A stretch of 64,000 nt of DNA from the human T2T-CHM13v2.0 reference genome, Homo sapiens: NCBI RefSeq assembly GCF_009914755.1, contig NC_060938.1; one strand, given 5' to 3'. A program made the position numbers and the translations under genes. The notes under the pieces are model-generated. The model did not search any database. It was not told where the DNA came from and saw nothing but the letters and a program-made list of their open reading frames with translations. Numbering within the stretch: position 1 is the first letter of the stretch; every line of letters begins with the position of its first letter. Shown here piece by piece: positions 1-12,907 of the stretch.

Positions 1-619
1 TTTTGCTTGCTTTTCAGTGTAACATTAAATGATTAATTGGTTCATGTCACCACCAGGTGGCCTCCTATACTCTGTTGTGCTTCTGGTAACCAAAGAAAAT
101 CAGAAAGTGGATCCTATACATTTCTTTCAACTGTGGTTGTCACTGTGCTCACAGGCACTTCTCTGGCGGCTTGACTGCTCTGAAATTGTTCATTGAACCC
201 TACACTTCATGTTTGGCCTTGAAACATAAATAGATTCACACGGACCTTTTTATAAAATGAATTAATGCTTTTAAATGCATACACACACACATACACCAAA
301 ATGGATTTTTAATAAAGAAGCTTGGTTGTCACTAATAGCTTCGCCATGATTCAGTCCCACTCTCATAGGTATACAGAGTTAACTGATCTTGAAGCTTCCT
401 CAGGAAAAGACAAAGGCCAAAGAGGCTCAGATCTCTATATGTTAATTTCCCTTGAAGGGAATGGATGGACCTCATCTCAGTGCCCCAGTTTATGTTATTT
501 TATTCTATAGATCCCCCTTTGAGCTTTCTTTGATCTTATTTTTAAGCTTCACTAAAGACCAGTGTTAGCAAAGGAAGATTGAGAAGCCATGTGATAAAGC
601 CCTGGAGAAGGAGGCCAGA

Positions 620-720
620 TTCCCCTCGGGCAATTATTCTTATCCTCTCAGGCCTCATTTTCTTCATCTGTAAAGTGAGGGGGGTGGACTCAGTGTCTCT
701 CAGGTCCATTCCAACTTCAG
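620..720 (+). mobile_element. MIR-family SINE remnant
   Basis: Core-like gggcaa...cctcattttcttcatctgtaaagtgagg; boundaries approximate. Confidence 0.6.
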
Positions 721-856
721 TATTTTCTCTTTGGTGAAAAAAATCAAAGATTACTTCAATTAGTAATTGACTTTGCCTATAAGCAATTGGACAAAATCAG
801 AATTTTAAGACTTAATTTCACAGGCTAAAAGAACAAACTCATGGGTAAATATAATA

Positions 857-3215
857 CAGGCATACCTAAGAGATATTGCAAGTTCAGGTCCATACCACCA
901 TAATAAGGCAAATATCATAATAAAGCAAGTCACGTGAATCTTTTGGTTTCGCAGTGCATATAAAAGTTGCGTTTACACTATACTGTAGGCTGTTAAGTGT
1001 GCAATAGCATTATGTCTAAAAATGTACTTAATTTAAAAAAATTTTATTGCAAAAAGATCCTAAAGATCATCTGAGCCTTCAGCAAGTCATAATCTTTTTG
1101 CTGGCGAAGGTCTTGCCTCAGTGTTGATGGCTACCGACTAATCTGGGTGGTGGTTGCTGAAAGTTGGGGTGGCTGCGGCAATTTCTTAAAATAAGGCAAT
1201 GAAGTTTGCCACATTAATTGGCTCTTTCACAAAGGATTTCTCTGTACCATACAATGCCGTTTGATAGCATTTTACCCACAGTAGAACTTCTTTCAAAATT
1301 GGAGTTAATCCTCTCAAACCCTGCCGCTGCTTTATCAACTAAGCTTATGTAATATTCTAAATCCTTTGCTGTCATTTCAACAGTGTTCACAGCATTCTCA
1401 ACAGCAGTAAATTCCATCTCAAGAAACTACTATCTTTGCTTATTCTTCAGAAGGAACACATCATTTGTTCAAGTTTTATCTTGCGATTGCAGCAACTCTG
1501 TCACATCTTCAGCCTCTACCTCCAATTCTAGTTCTCTTGCTATTTCCACCACATCTGCTATTACTTCCTCCACTGAAGTGTTGAACCCCTCAGTCATCCA
1601 TAAGGGTTGGAATCAACTTCTTCCAAACTCCTGTTAATGTTGATATTTTGATCTCCTCCTATGAATTTCAAATGTTGTTAATGGCATCTAGAATGGTGAA
1701 GCCTTTTCAGAAGGTTTTCAATGGACTTTGTCCAGATCCATCAGAGGAATCACTATCTATGCAGCTATAGCCGTACAAAATGTATTTCTTAAATAAGACA
1801 ACTTGAAAGTCAAGATTACACCTTGATCCATGGGCCACAGAATGAATGTTGTGTTAATAGGCATGAAAACAGTAGTAATCTCCTTGTACATCTCCATCAG
1901 AGCTCTTGGGTGACCCAGTGCATTGTCAACGAGCAGTAATATTTTGAAAGGAGTCTTTTATTCTGAGCCATAGGTCCCCACAATGGGCTTAAAATATATA
2001 GTAAACTGTGCTGTAAACAGATAAACTGTCATCCAGGCTTTGTTGTTCCACTGATAGAGCACAGGCAGAGTAGAGTTAGCATAATTCTTAAGGGCCCTAG
2101 GATTTTCAGGATAGGAAATGAGCACTGGCTTCAACTCAACGTCATCAACAGCTTTAGCCTCTCACAAGAGGGTCAGCCGTTCCTTTGAAGCTTTGAAGCT
2201 AGGCATTGACTTCTCCTCTCTAGCCATGAAAGTCCTAGATGGCATTTTTTTTTTCCAGTAGAGGGCTGTTTTGTCTACACTGAAAAATCTGTTATTTCGT
2301 GTGGCCACCTTTATCAATGATCTTAGCTAGATCTTCTGGAGAACTTGCTGCAGCTTCTCCATCAGCACTTGCTGCTTCACCTTGCACTTTTATGTTATGG
2401 AGATGGTGTCTTTCCTTAAACCTCATGAACCAACCTCTGTTAGTGTCCAACATTTCTTCTGCAGCTTCCTCACCTCTCTTAGCCTTCATAGAATTAAAAT
2501 GAGTTAGGGCCTTCCTCTGAATTAGGTTTGGCTTGAGGGAATGTTGTGGCTGGTTTGATCTTCTATCTAGACCACTAAAACTTTTTCCCTATCAGCAATA
2601 AGGCTGTTTTACTTTCTTTTCATTTATGTGCTCACTGGAGTAGCACTTTTAATCTCCTTCAAGAACTTTTCTTTTGCATTCACAACTTGGCTAACTGGCA
2701 CAAGAGGCCTCGTTTTCAGACTATCTCAGCTTTTTACCTGAATTGCTCACAAAGCTTAGCTATTTCTAGCTTTTCATTTAGAGTGACTCTTTCTTTCACT
2801 TGAGTACTTAGAGGCCATTGTAGGATTATTACTTGGCCGCATTTCAATATTGTTGTGTCTCAAGGAATAGGAAGGTCTGAGGAACAGAGAGAACTGCTGG
2901 TGGGTGGAGCAATGAGAACATACACAGCACTTACGGATTAAGTTCACAGTCTTATATGGGTGTGGTTTGTGGTGCCTCAAAACAATTACAATAGTAACAT
3001 CAAAGATCACTGGTCACAGATCATCATAACAGATAAAATAATAATGAAAAATTTGAAATATTGACCAAATTACTAAAATGTAACGCAGAGATACAAAATG
3101 AGCACATGCTATGGAAAAATTGTGCCAATAGCCTTGCTTGACACAGGGTTGTCACAAACCTTCCATTTGTAAACATTGTAGTATCTGTAAGGCATAATAA
3201 AACCAAGTATGCCTG
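857..3215 (-). mobile_element. Tigger1 DNA transposon (pogo/TcMar), essentially full length, decayed transposase
   Basis: TIRs CAGGCATAC... (857) and ...GTATGCCTG (3215), each flanked by TA. Minus-strand ORF fragments 2292-2489 (CENP-B-type [13 protein letters not shown]) and 1214-1417. Confidence 0.93.
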
Positions 3216-4784
3216 TATTTTTTTTAAAGTACCATAAAAAGTGTATAATTTCTAAATACTACACTGCTTTTGGTTCATTTCAGACCATAAAAACATAAAT
3301 ATATATTTTATGAAACTTCTTAGACACTTTCCTTTTACTTTTACTTTTTTTCAGTGGCAGATAACTTCCATTGGATTCTCTGCAGTGTCTTTTGCTGCCT
3401 GTAATGGAAATTCAGCTTTCTCTTTGACGTCTTATTTTCCACACATTTTAATTTTTCTACCTTCTTCTTTAGGCAGAATTACCAAATGCCCCTCAGTTTT
3501 TTTCACAGCATGGAACAGATATATTCACTTACACTTCCATTGAAACTAAGTCATTTCATAATATATGAGCAACCTTTTCTTACCTTCTGCTTGTATTGTG
3601 GTACACACATTGGTAGTTTATACAGTATTTGAATTGTCACATTGGATGTCATGGCAAATATGACTAAAGACATTTAGCTGTCTATGAGGAAAGGACCTGA
3701 ATAGTCCCTAAGGCATTTTGGTAAAGAACAGACTCACGTTTGAATTCGAAGTCTACACCCTGGGAGACCTAGTGACAGGCAATCACTCTAATTTCAAATT
3801 CCCTACTGGGGAGGCTTCTCTGGAGAGCTATATGGTCGAAGGCAGATTCATATTTGCTTGAGGAAAAAATGATTACAAATTTTTCTACCTTGCAAACTGT
3901 ACTAATTGGTGTCAAATTCAACTAACAATTTATGAAGTTTGCATCACTTTCTGTGTGTTTAAGCACAAAGACATTTTTCACCTGAATTCTCTTATTTTAT
4001 CACATATATTTTGAAAATTACATATGTCCATCTAATACATATATCAGGAATTAATGGTCTAATTATTTTACTTTTACTTAAAAGGAATAAGGAATGATGT
4101 TATCTCATTTTAGTGACTGTGAGGATGAGACAATAAGAATTCATTAGGATACTATGGTGTGCTGTGGAGAACCAAATAAAGGGAGGTTATCCTTTTCCTT
4201 AAGTAATTTATAATCTACTTAGAAAAGCAAAACGAAAAAACATGAAATAATAGCAAAGATAGCAAATTTATGTGGTATGAAAAATAAGTGCTAGTCTTCT
4301 TAGAAAGTCCTCATGGAATAAATGATATTTGAACTGAACCTTACTGGATAGAATTTAAATAACTGGAATAGAGATAGATGCATTGCAAAATAATGCATTT
4401 TAGGGGGAAAAAAACCTCAGATCTAGGAAATAGCTTGGCATGTTCCTAGGATTTTACCAAAAACAGGAAGACAAACTGGAGAAGAGGAAAATCAGTGACA
4501 AACCATATAGCTTTTATCCCATGTGTTCAGTGAAAGTCAATAAAAGGAAAGATTTTTTAAAAAATTCTAGTGAATTCCTAGATTCAATGTTTCATATAGT
4601 GAAGAGAAGTTATATATACAAATAAGGAATTAGTGGCATAAAAGAGATGAGAAAAGTTATGCCAGAGATCATATTTTCTTAGCATGCAACTCTGCATGCT
4701 AAGAAAATTTTGAACAAACATTTGTATATGGTCTTTACTATGTAACAGAAATTGTTCTAGGATCTTTGCAGATACTGGCTTATC

Positions 4785-4910
4785 CAATCCTCACAGCAAC
4801 CTAATGAAGTATTAACAGTATTCTCAAATGAGCAACTAAGGCACAGGGAAGCACACAGCTAGTAAGCAATGCAAGCAAAGTTTAAATATGGGCAGTCTGA
4901 TTCCAGGCAT
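4785..4910 (-). mobile_element. MIR SINE remnant
   Basis: aatcctcacagcaacc...atgagcaactaaggcacag...cacacagctagtaag; boundaries approximate. Confidence 0.6.
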
Positions 4911-5175
4911 ATATTTAATTTTTTTAATTTTCTTAATCAATAGCCTTTTATCTCATTGATTTACAAATTAAAATGTTTGGCATGGTTTCTGTCACCATGT
5001 TTATGTTTAATCACTCATGAGCGATTAAATGGTTACATATGTATAGGTTTTAAGAAGTAGTATTAATAGGTAATATCAACAAGCTCCCTCCTCCCTTCAT
5101 TAAGAGTCAAGAAAAATAGTAAAACTTTGTCACTGTATATATATATGCACTGTATGTATTACGTACTATATCCTA

Positions 5176-5238
5176 TTAGGCTGGTGCAAAAGTAATTGGG
5201 ATTTTGCCATTGCTTTTAATGGCAAAAACCACAATTAC
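5176..5238. mobile_element. MADE1 (Hsmar1-derived MITE), right end truncated
   Basis: ttaggctggtgcaaaagtaattgggattttgccattgcttttaatggcaaaaaccacaattac matches the MADE1 palindrome; the last ~16 nt of the right TIR are absent. Confidence 0.85.
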
Positions 5239-5313
5239 ATTTAGTATATACTATAGTATACACTATGTATTTAGTATATGCTATAGTATACACTATGTAT
5301 TTAGTATATACTA
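5239..5313. repeat. 30-bp AT-rich tandem repeat (~2.5 copies)
   Basis: Unit atttagtatatactatagtatacactatgt at 5239, 5269 and partially at 5299. Confidence 0.85.
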
Positions 5314-5444
5314 CATATATACTATATACTATGTACTCTCTCTAAATATGTATATATTCCTGTCTTTTAGAAAATACATAATATATATAATTATATATTA
5401 TCTACATTATATAATGTATATTAATTATATATTATATGGTATAC

Positions 5445-5446
<2 letters not shown>

Positions 5447-5487
<41 letters not shown>
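5447..5487. repeat. (TATC)n microsatellite
   Basis: About 10 tandem TATC units. Confidence 0.95.
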
Positions 5488-6392
5488 GTATTTACCTTTC
5501 TAATGACTTCACCCTGATGTGTGATTTCTTTTACTCTCTAATATGGCCAATCTCTAATAACAATAGTTACAATACATTATTTCTAAGACAGAAAATAAAA
5601 ACCATGGGAAATTTGCAGTCTTGCTTTCACATCGGTAGCAAACCAAAAAATCTTATTACAAAACTCATCTGTGTTAAAATCAAAGACTTCTTATTAATGG
5701 TGTATTTTATATCGGGATCTAAAATTTCTTACAAGTATGATCTATTTACCTCTTAAAATACCTGTGTTAGACAAGTGGCAAAGATAGCTTTGTCCCTGTT
5801 TTGCAGATGGGATGACCATGGAAATATGAAATGACTTTCCCTGGAGCAGGTGGATCAGGTGGATCAGGTGGCAAGCCACCAAGAGAACAAAGGCAGAAGT
5901 AACAGTTGCAGGATTGATGGTGCCCAGTGAAGGTGCTTAGGGAAAATTCTCAAAAATCACATGTTTTGGTACTCACATCTTCTTGAAAAGTTATCCCTTG
6001 TTGTGGCTATAAGCTGTGCTAAATGGCCACATCCTTGTACTTCTGCTTCTTTTGGTTCTAATATCCTCTTAATGAATTTTTTTCAGCCTTTATGCAAAAT
6101 GTTTAAGTCATCAACATCATATTCTGTCATCTGTTTATTTCAGGGAAGCCATTCACTAAGACCTTTTCTCCAGCTGTAATTTGCTTCCTTTTCTGCAATG
6201 CTGTTTATTTTTATGTAGTTTTTAGGATTTATTCCCTGTAGACTAGGAATTGTTTTTCCTATCTGGTGAAACCTTTGTAACTTCCCCTATTTACTTATTA
6301 ACTTTCTCTCCATGCATCTATGCATCTCCATCATTACATTCTCCAAATTTTCACTTCTTCCTCCTCTTTACTTTTATCACTCTTGTCTCTTA

Positions 6393-6423
<31 letters not shown>
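6393..6423. repeat. (CA)n microsatellite
   Basis: Direct observation. Confidence 0.95.
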
Positions 6424-6424
<1 letters not shown>

Positions 6425-6939
6425 TCTGTTTCTCTTCGATGTAAGAGAAACTTCTTTGAATATTTATAGCAGACTCCTTTACATAGCTGAAAAAGTGCTC
6501 AAAAGCAGTTATAACCAAGGTTTGTTCTCTATGGTCTTAGTTTATACCAACAAATTTCCACTTGTACCCTAGAGCTTCTTTAAACTGTGAACTGTCATTC
6601 TTCTGAGTGACAGGCATGACCATCAGTGAGAACTCTCCTATCTGCCCTTTTAGCCTCAACCTCAGGCTATTAAAAATCTGTTGGGTTTTTGAGGATGAGC
6701 CTACGCCAAATGAATCTGGCTAAAGAGGTTCAAGAGTAGGGTTCTTAAGTATGTGTTGGCCACTCCATTGTCACTTTGTATGGCATTCTTGACTTTATTT
6801 ACATTATACTCTTAGGGCCCACCAATTTCTTCAGACTTCTGGACTGAGATCTAAAGATGTATTTTCAAGAGCAGTAGTATGGCTTACCAAGCTAAGCTGA
6901 AATTCCTCCTGAAATTCTATTTGTGGATTTTAGTACAAT

Positions 6940-7040
6940 CTTACTGACCTTGGGCAAGTCACTTAGCTTCTATGTATCAATTTTTTATCTGTAAGACAGA
7001 AGTAATATTACTAACTTTCCCCATGGGCTTGCCATAGGAG
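6940..7040 (+). mobile_element. MIR SINE remnant
   Basis: tgaccttgggcaagtcacttagcttct...tttttatctgtaa core. Confidence 0.65.
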
Positions 7041-9484
7041 AACAGCAAAAAAAAGAACAATCCATTGAAATGACAGTCAAGCTTTCTGAGGCTGCAGCAG
7101 CAGCGTTTAAGCCTTAAAGCCTAAAATCTCTAAAATTTATTTTGTCAAAATATTTTTCTGACAAATATGGGTAGGTACCCAAAAGAAACAAAAAGGCCCA
7201 AGGGGTCAGGGGATGGGTAGAACAGAATGGTTTTTAAGCCTGTAGCATACTGGTATCGGAACTAAAAATTAGACTTAGCCTTTCGCATTCTGATCAAATG
7301 TTCTTGCTATGAGAAAACACTGCCTCATAAAAGGTGCCCTTAAAATATTCAAAGAACTACTGCCACCTTCCTCTTTTCTTTGATAGGTTTTCACAGAAGC
7401 TTTTCTTGTGTTAACCGTTCATGGCCATGATAAACAATTAACTTTGTTCATGGTTTCTGTCTGAAAATTGAGAATAATATTCCTGTATTGGATGTTTCAC
7501 CAAATAAGTTTTTCACAGAAAATGAAGCTCAAAGATAAAGCAATCACACTGTACTCATTTCTGTGTACTAACACTGTATCTGGCATATATTTCAACAGCT
7601 CTCTATATCTGCCTGGACTTTCTTTTGGGAGAAATTCAAATGAATAAATATTTTCCAACAACCTCCTACATTTAAACCATAATGCTAAGAATTACAGTGG
7701 GTAAAGAGTGAATGACATGTGGTCTCTGACCTCCTACAGTCCCTTGTAGAAGCTTATAATCTAATTCTGAAACCATACTTATCCTCATCTGAAGTGAAGG
7801 CACCAGAGATATTCTTAAAAAGTAGCATAAGAAATCAGATATTTTCACTATACAGGGATTTGAGCAGTCACCAAGAAAAACTCCATAGCATTATGGATCT
7901 GTTAAGATTATAGATGTGAAAACCCTTTGAAAATTAAAAATACTCTGCCAAAAAAAAAGTCACAATGTGAATACATAAAGGTATAATGGCACTTGCATTG
8001 TGTTTTGGGAACAGGCAACCCTGGAAATGCTTTGATCAGCTCTGTCTTAACACCTACCATCGCATGGTAAATTCTGGGTGCAGCCTCTCAGTGCTGGAGT
8101 CCTTAGTCCTTGGGGAATGCCCATTTGCATGAAACTTGAAAAGATAGTTTTTTGATGATGACAGTAAGGGCGATAATACATTCAGCCTTTATTTAGGCAA
8201 CTGATTCTCATAGATTTCAAAAGTCACCATGTTCTGCAGCAACACCTTTTTGATAAACTACAATGGTTACAGTGTTCTACTTCTCATTTTTCTTCTTATC
8301 CTCAGAGAGAAAGCAAGATATCTCTTTGAGGAAATATCAACAGAGTTAACATAAGAAATATATAGTTTCTTCCTTATGAAATTAATTTGGCATTATTTTT
8401 GAGGTGTGGAGCATCTTGGCAACTGCTTTGGTTTAAAACTCTATGTGATTTGGGAAAAGCACGTTTCAGAATGTTTAATTCAGTGATACAAAAGGCACTA
8501 ATGAAATATGCATGTATGAATTTTATATCATATTAGTTCCCTCTTTCTTGAAATCTGAATAAAAGCCAAACATCTGGATTATGTTTGAAAAGCCTGAATT
8601 TCCAATTTTCAGAGAGATCCAGTCTATTTTGACATTGCACACTTAGCCTTCACATTTACAGTGTGCTATTAACATTACTTGCAATTGTAGAAAAAAAAAA
8701 GTCCAGATTTAAACAAACTTGGTGCCTCCTAATGCTAAAAATAAATCTATATTTGAAATGGCTGCTGCTGCTGCACAACCATACACATCCATAGTTCAGG
8801 CTTCTTCAGCATTTTCATTATAAATACTTGCACTGAACAGGCCTATAATTCAGCTATAAAGATATGTGGTAACCTATGATACATAAATTCTCCTTTGATT
8901 GTATATTAAAACAACAAACAGCAATTCATACATCACTTAGTTTGAGAAACTATTCACTGACTCAAGGCTTTCTGAGGGTCTCAAATATTCAAGATACTCT
9001 GTGGTCAACTAAAGAAGACATAGCCACCATCTTTTAAAGTTTATTCTTCAAATTTACAAGGCAAATAACATTTATGTTTTTATAGATATTTGGGTATATT
9101 TTAGCATCTAGACTAAAGGCAAGTGAATATTTATGGTTTTAGTAGCTTAGAGATGTAAATATGCATATCATTGCTTTATCTCATTTCATTATCATAGTTA
9201 ACTTAGGAGATAGATGGTCAATCAAGTTTTAGGCAAATAGTAGTCTGTCCACACAAGAGGTCATGGAAGATAGAAGAATGTGACTGTTGTGTTTGAAGTT
9301 TGCATAATGGTAATTCTTCAGTGGACTTTAATTTACTACACTTAACTTGTTATTGGATTTCTTATAGCACATATTAGGTAAGTGTTTTCTTTTGTTATGT
9401 TTGGAGAACAGCTAGAATCAAAGATTTTTCTTTTCCTTTTCATCTTATTTTGTGTTATTAGAAAATTCTAAATTAAGTAGTTGT

Positions 9485-9651
9485 GCTGAGTGCAGTGGCA
9501 TGCACCTGTAGTCCCAGCTACGTAGGAGGCTTGAGGCAAGTGGATTACTTGAGCCCAGGAACTCAAGGCTATAGTGTGTGTTCATCATGCCTGTGAATAG
9601 CCAACTGCACTCCAGCCTGGGCAACACAGCAAGAACCTGTCTCAAAAAAAA
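9485..9651 (+). mobile_element. FAM (fossil Alu monomer)
   Basis: Single 7SL-derived monomer with the FAM-type ...gcctgtgaatagcc(a)actgcactccagcctgg segment and an A tail; degenerate TSD aaattaagtagttgt (9470-9484) / aaattatgtagtagt (9659-9673). Confidence 0.85.
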
Positions 9652-11175
9652 CTTTAAAAAATTATGTAGTAGTGCCAAATTCAACAGAAATAGCTGTGTT
9701 TAGAGGTGTTTGTTTAGGTTGGGAAATGGAAAACAAAATAAATGAAACTTTTACATTGGAAACCTTTTTTAAAGGAGAAAACTGAGTTTCATTACATTAA
9801 TTGCTGCGCCTCAAGTCTTTTTTCCTTCCTACATTGCATACTCTGACAGATATTACATAATTGCATAACTATTTTTACTATGTGCAGACATGACATTACA
9901 ACAGCCCTGATATGGTGCATCATAATGAAACCATAATTAGAGTAGTCATGATGTATTATGGCAATGATCCACATCGTCACTAAAGTGCATTGGAATGCAC
10001 AGAAAACCCTTTGAGATGTGTAGATTTTCAATGTAATATAGCACAACTCTGAAGTTTCATAGCATGGAGGAGAAATTGCAATTATGCCCATGCTGCTGGT
10101 AGCAAGGATTAAAATGCACATCTTCGATATCTACCGAAGAAAGTCTGTATTGATGAAGGAAATTTTTGAGGGTGATATTTATCTTGAAGTTTATGTCTTT
10201 TAAAAAAATTTACAGGAAGGACGTTGTTGAAATATGAACCTAACCACATAAATTCTATAGTAGAAGTCTCCTGTATTTATCAGATAAAAAGACTTGAAAG
10301 TTTCATTCTGTACCTCAAATTCAATGAAACGCCTCTCTAAAGTAGGATGGATTGAAGACAGTTTTAGAATTTTCAGTTAACCCTGCCCTTTCTTTTGGTT
10401 CTCTGTAGCCCATCTTAGCTTAGATTATACAGCTTACATTTTATGTGGTTGTGTCTTTGCTCCATTGTTGTTCTCTCAGGTTTTTCTGCATGAGAATCTT
10501 GTTTCTGAATCTTGTTCTAGCGAGTGACAGCTTCTTCTTAACTTGGTGATTTTCAGTCTTGGCATTTCTTTTACCTGGGATAATGTAATTGTTATGGCTG
10601 ATCTTATGAATGTGGATCCAAAGAAGCTCAACTTTCTAAAACAGAGAGGAAATTTAGGCTCTATCTCCCAGGCCAATCCTCATTCAATGCTTCATTTGCC
10701 CATAATATATCCCAGCCAGGTAGACTTCTCATCTCTGCCTGAACACCTCTGATGAATGGGAACCCACTATCTCTCATGCTGTGTTCCTACTCAAGCTTCA
10801 GCATTTGACCCCCAGTCTGACCTCTGAGGTCAGATGGAACAAATTAATATTTTTTATGCAAAAGTCCTCTAAATATTCAAAATCTTCTAACATGTCCTTC
10901 CTCTCTTCTTTCACCTCTAACTTTTATTTGCCCTCTTAGCTGAATACCTTTAGCTCATTCAACAGCTTGACCCTTGGGGAAGTATTGAATCTTCTCCCTT
11001 ACTGAAGTGCTTTTTTTTGGAACATTTAATACATTGTCTAGGTCCCTTTTGGAAAATGGAATGCAAGCAGTACAAGGTTGGGGCCTAGCAAATCACAGTC
11101 AAACTAATATATCCATTACCTTTCTTTTTTTAACCCTGTGTTTTTCTTAATTCAATCCAAAATCATGTTTCCTTT

Positions 11176-11962
11176 CAATATGGACAGGAAGCAGGGAAAT
11201 ATTGGGTAGAAGAGGGCAGGGTCCCTGGCAAGGGCTCCACCTTCAAGCCTGGAACCGCAGCCCTAAATGAGAACATGCATTCCTGTTTTCCTGCCCGAAT
11301 GTTGCCTTTTCCAAAACCACCCTGGCCCACCACGCCCCCTACCCTGTACCCGTAAAAACCCCAAGCTCCACTGGCAGAGCAGAGCAGTGCAGCACAGAAG
11401 GAGAGAAGAGAAGTGTCTGAATGTTAAGAGGAGTTCGGCTGGCTGGGGACAGAGAGGAGTTCAGCCAGGGATGGCCAAACTCTAGGGAAAGATTATCTTC
11501 TCACTCCATCGCCTTCCCAGCTCCCCATCCCAGTGAGAGCCACTTCCATCACTCAGTAAAATCTTCCACATACATCACCTTTCCATCCATTTGTGTGACC
11601 TAATTCTTCCTGGATGCTGGACAAGAATTCAGGATGCACCGGGTGCAGGAACCCAAAAAGGCTATCAAGCTGACTCTTCGCTAAGCTGTTTAACACCATC
11701 CATGGATGGCAAATGCTAAAAGAACATTGTTTGTAACATGTGCCCTCTGAGGCTCCAGAGGTTATGGGCAACCCCTAGATGCTGCCGCGGGCCAGTGCAG
11801 TGTTTTTTCCTGCTGACACCCAAAGTCACTTGCCCTGGCTCCTGCACCCGCTCACCTGCGGGCTCCCCCTCCTGCAAGGGGTTTAACTGCAAGTGGCCGA
11901 GTAAACGAGCCACACCTCTATCACAAGTCTTGTGAAGGGGTCAAGGGAACTCTCCTGTCTCA
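11176..11962 (+). mobile_element. Solo ERV1 LTR, MER50-like
   Basis: Begins (ca)atatggacaggaagcagggaaatattgggtagaagagggc, ends gggaactctcctgtctca; 4-bp TSD CTTT on both sides. Confidence 0.8.
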
Positions 11963-12335
11963 CTTTTTTAAAAATTTACATCTACCTTCTATTGTCTGTT
12001 GACTCACATTGAACCTAAAGGCAAGTGAAGCCTTGTTACCTCCATTCTTTATGCAGTTTAAAACTTTTTATCATTTTGGAGTGGGGGTAGTGGGGTGAAA
12101 TGGGGTGGTTATTAACTCTGCCTGACTTTACATTTGTCATTTCTCCTTCTTAGATTTAACTCATTATGGCAGCATGTTTTTTTCCTTTTAGAGTCTATTA
12201 TCATCTGAAATAGATATTATAAAGTAGTTGCCTGCAGATTCATATCCAGAGACATAGTTTGATCTGTGTAGTGTTAAAAAGTTTTAATGCAACATAGAAC
12301 AATTTTGAGACTTCACATAATATATATATGTGTGC

Positions 12336-12338
<3 letters not shown>

Positions 12339-12381
<43 letters not shown>
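12339..12381. repeat. (TG)n microsatellite
   Basis: Direct observation. Confidence 0.95.
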
Positions 12382-12384
<3 letters not shown>

Positions 12385-12691
12385 GGCTTTAAAATGTATA
12401 TGTCTTGCCATACTGAACCCATGTTGAAGCCATATTTCCACAGGGTAATAGCTGGCAGAACTGAGTTAAGGGTTGCCCCTTTTAGATGAGGCATATGCTC
12501 TCCCATCCTCCACAGTTCACACTATGCCTGCTTATCTCTTACTGATATTAGATATTAGTAATAGTCACATTTATGCATTGTCTTTATTTAAAAAAATAGT
12601 TCTCTTTTTTATGACAGTAGCAATAGTTAGAATATGAAAGAGAGAAGAGGATTTATCCTTGCCCTACTCAATTCCTTGATATCATCTGCCT

Positions 12692-12907
12692 GGTAATGAG
12701 GTGTTGGAGCTGGCTAATACTGACTTATGAGAGCATATTGTTAAATATTCAGGAATTTTACCAGCAGCAACCACCATTGGTAGATTGGAATCAGCCACAG
12801 TGGGAGTATTTACACCAGGGAAATCAACGAACATTACAAATCAGGTCTTTTCTTCTTCTTCTTCTTCTTTTTTTTCCTTAGAGAACCAGTTTACTAGCAT
12901 ACTGCTA
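12692..12907. mobile_element. MER63A-like hAT MITE
   Basis: gtgttggagctggc...gagagc...ttgttaaatattcaggaatttt...gtgggagtatttacacca...ccagtttactagca. Confidence 0.7.

Noticed and set aside
1214-3010. Transposase-like ORFs as a domesticated TIGD gene
   Set aside because: Fragmented by stops and frameshifts within an ordinary Tigger1 copy.
5176-5238. miR-548 gene
   Set aside because: Truncated MADE1 lacking the basal stem; no evidence of processing from sequence alone.
5204-5756. Hydrophobic Y/I-rich ORFs
   Set aside because: Translations of AT-rich tandem and TATC repeats.
8735-8744. MEF2-like A/T boxes (also 16129, 50232, 51931)
   Set aside because: Expected by chance at this AT content and unsupported without ChIP or conservation.
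9485-9651. 7SL/SRP RNA gene
   Set aside because: Lacks the S domain, is diverged, and has an A tail and TSD: a FAM retrocopy.
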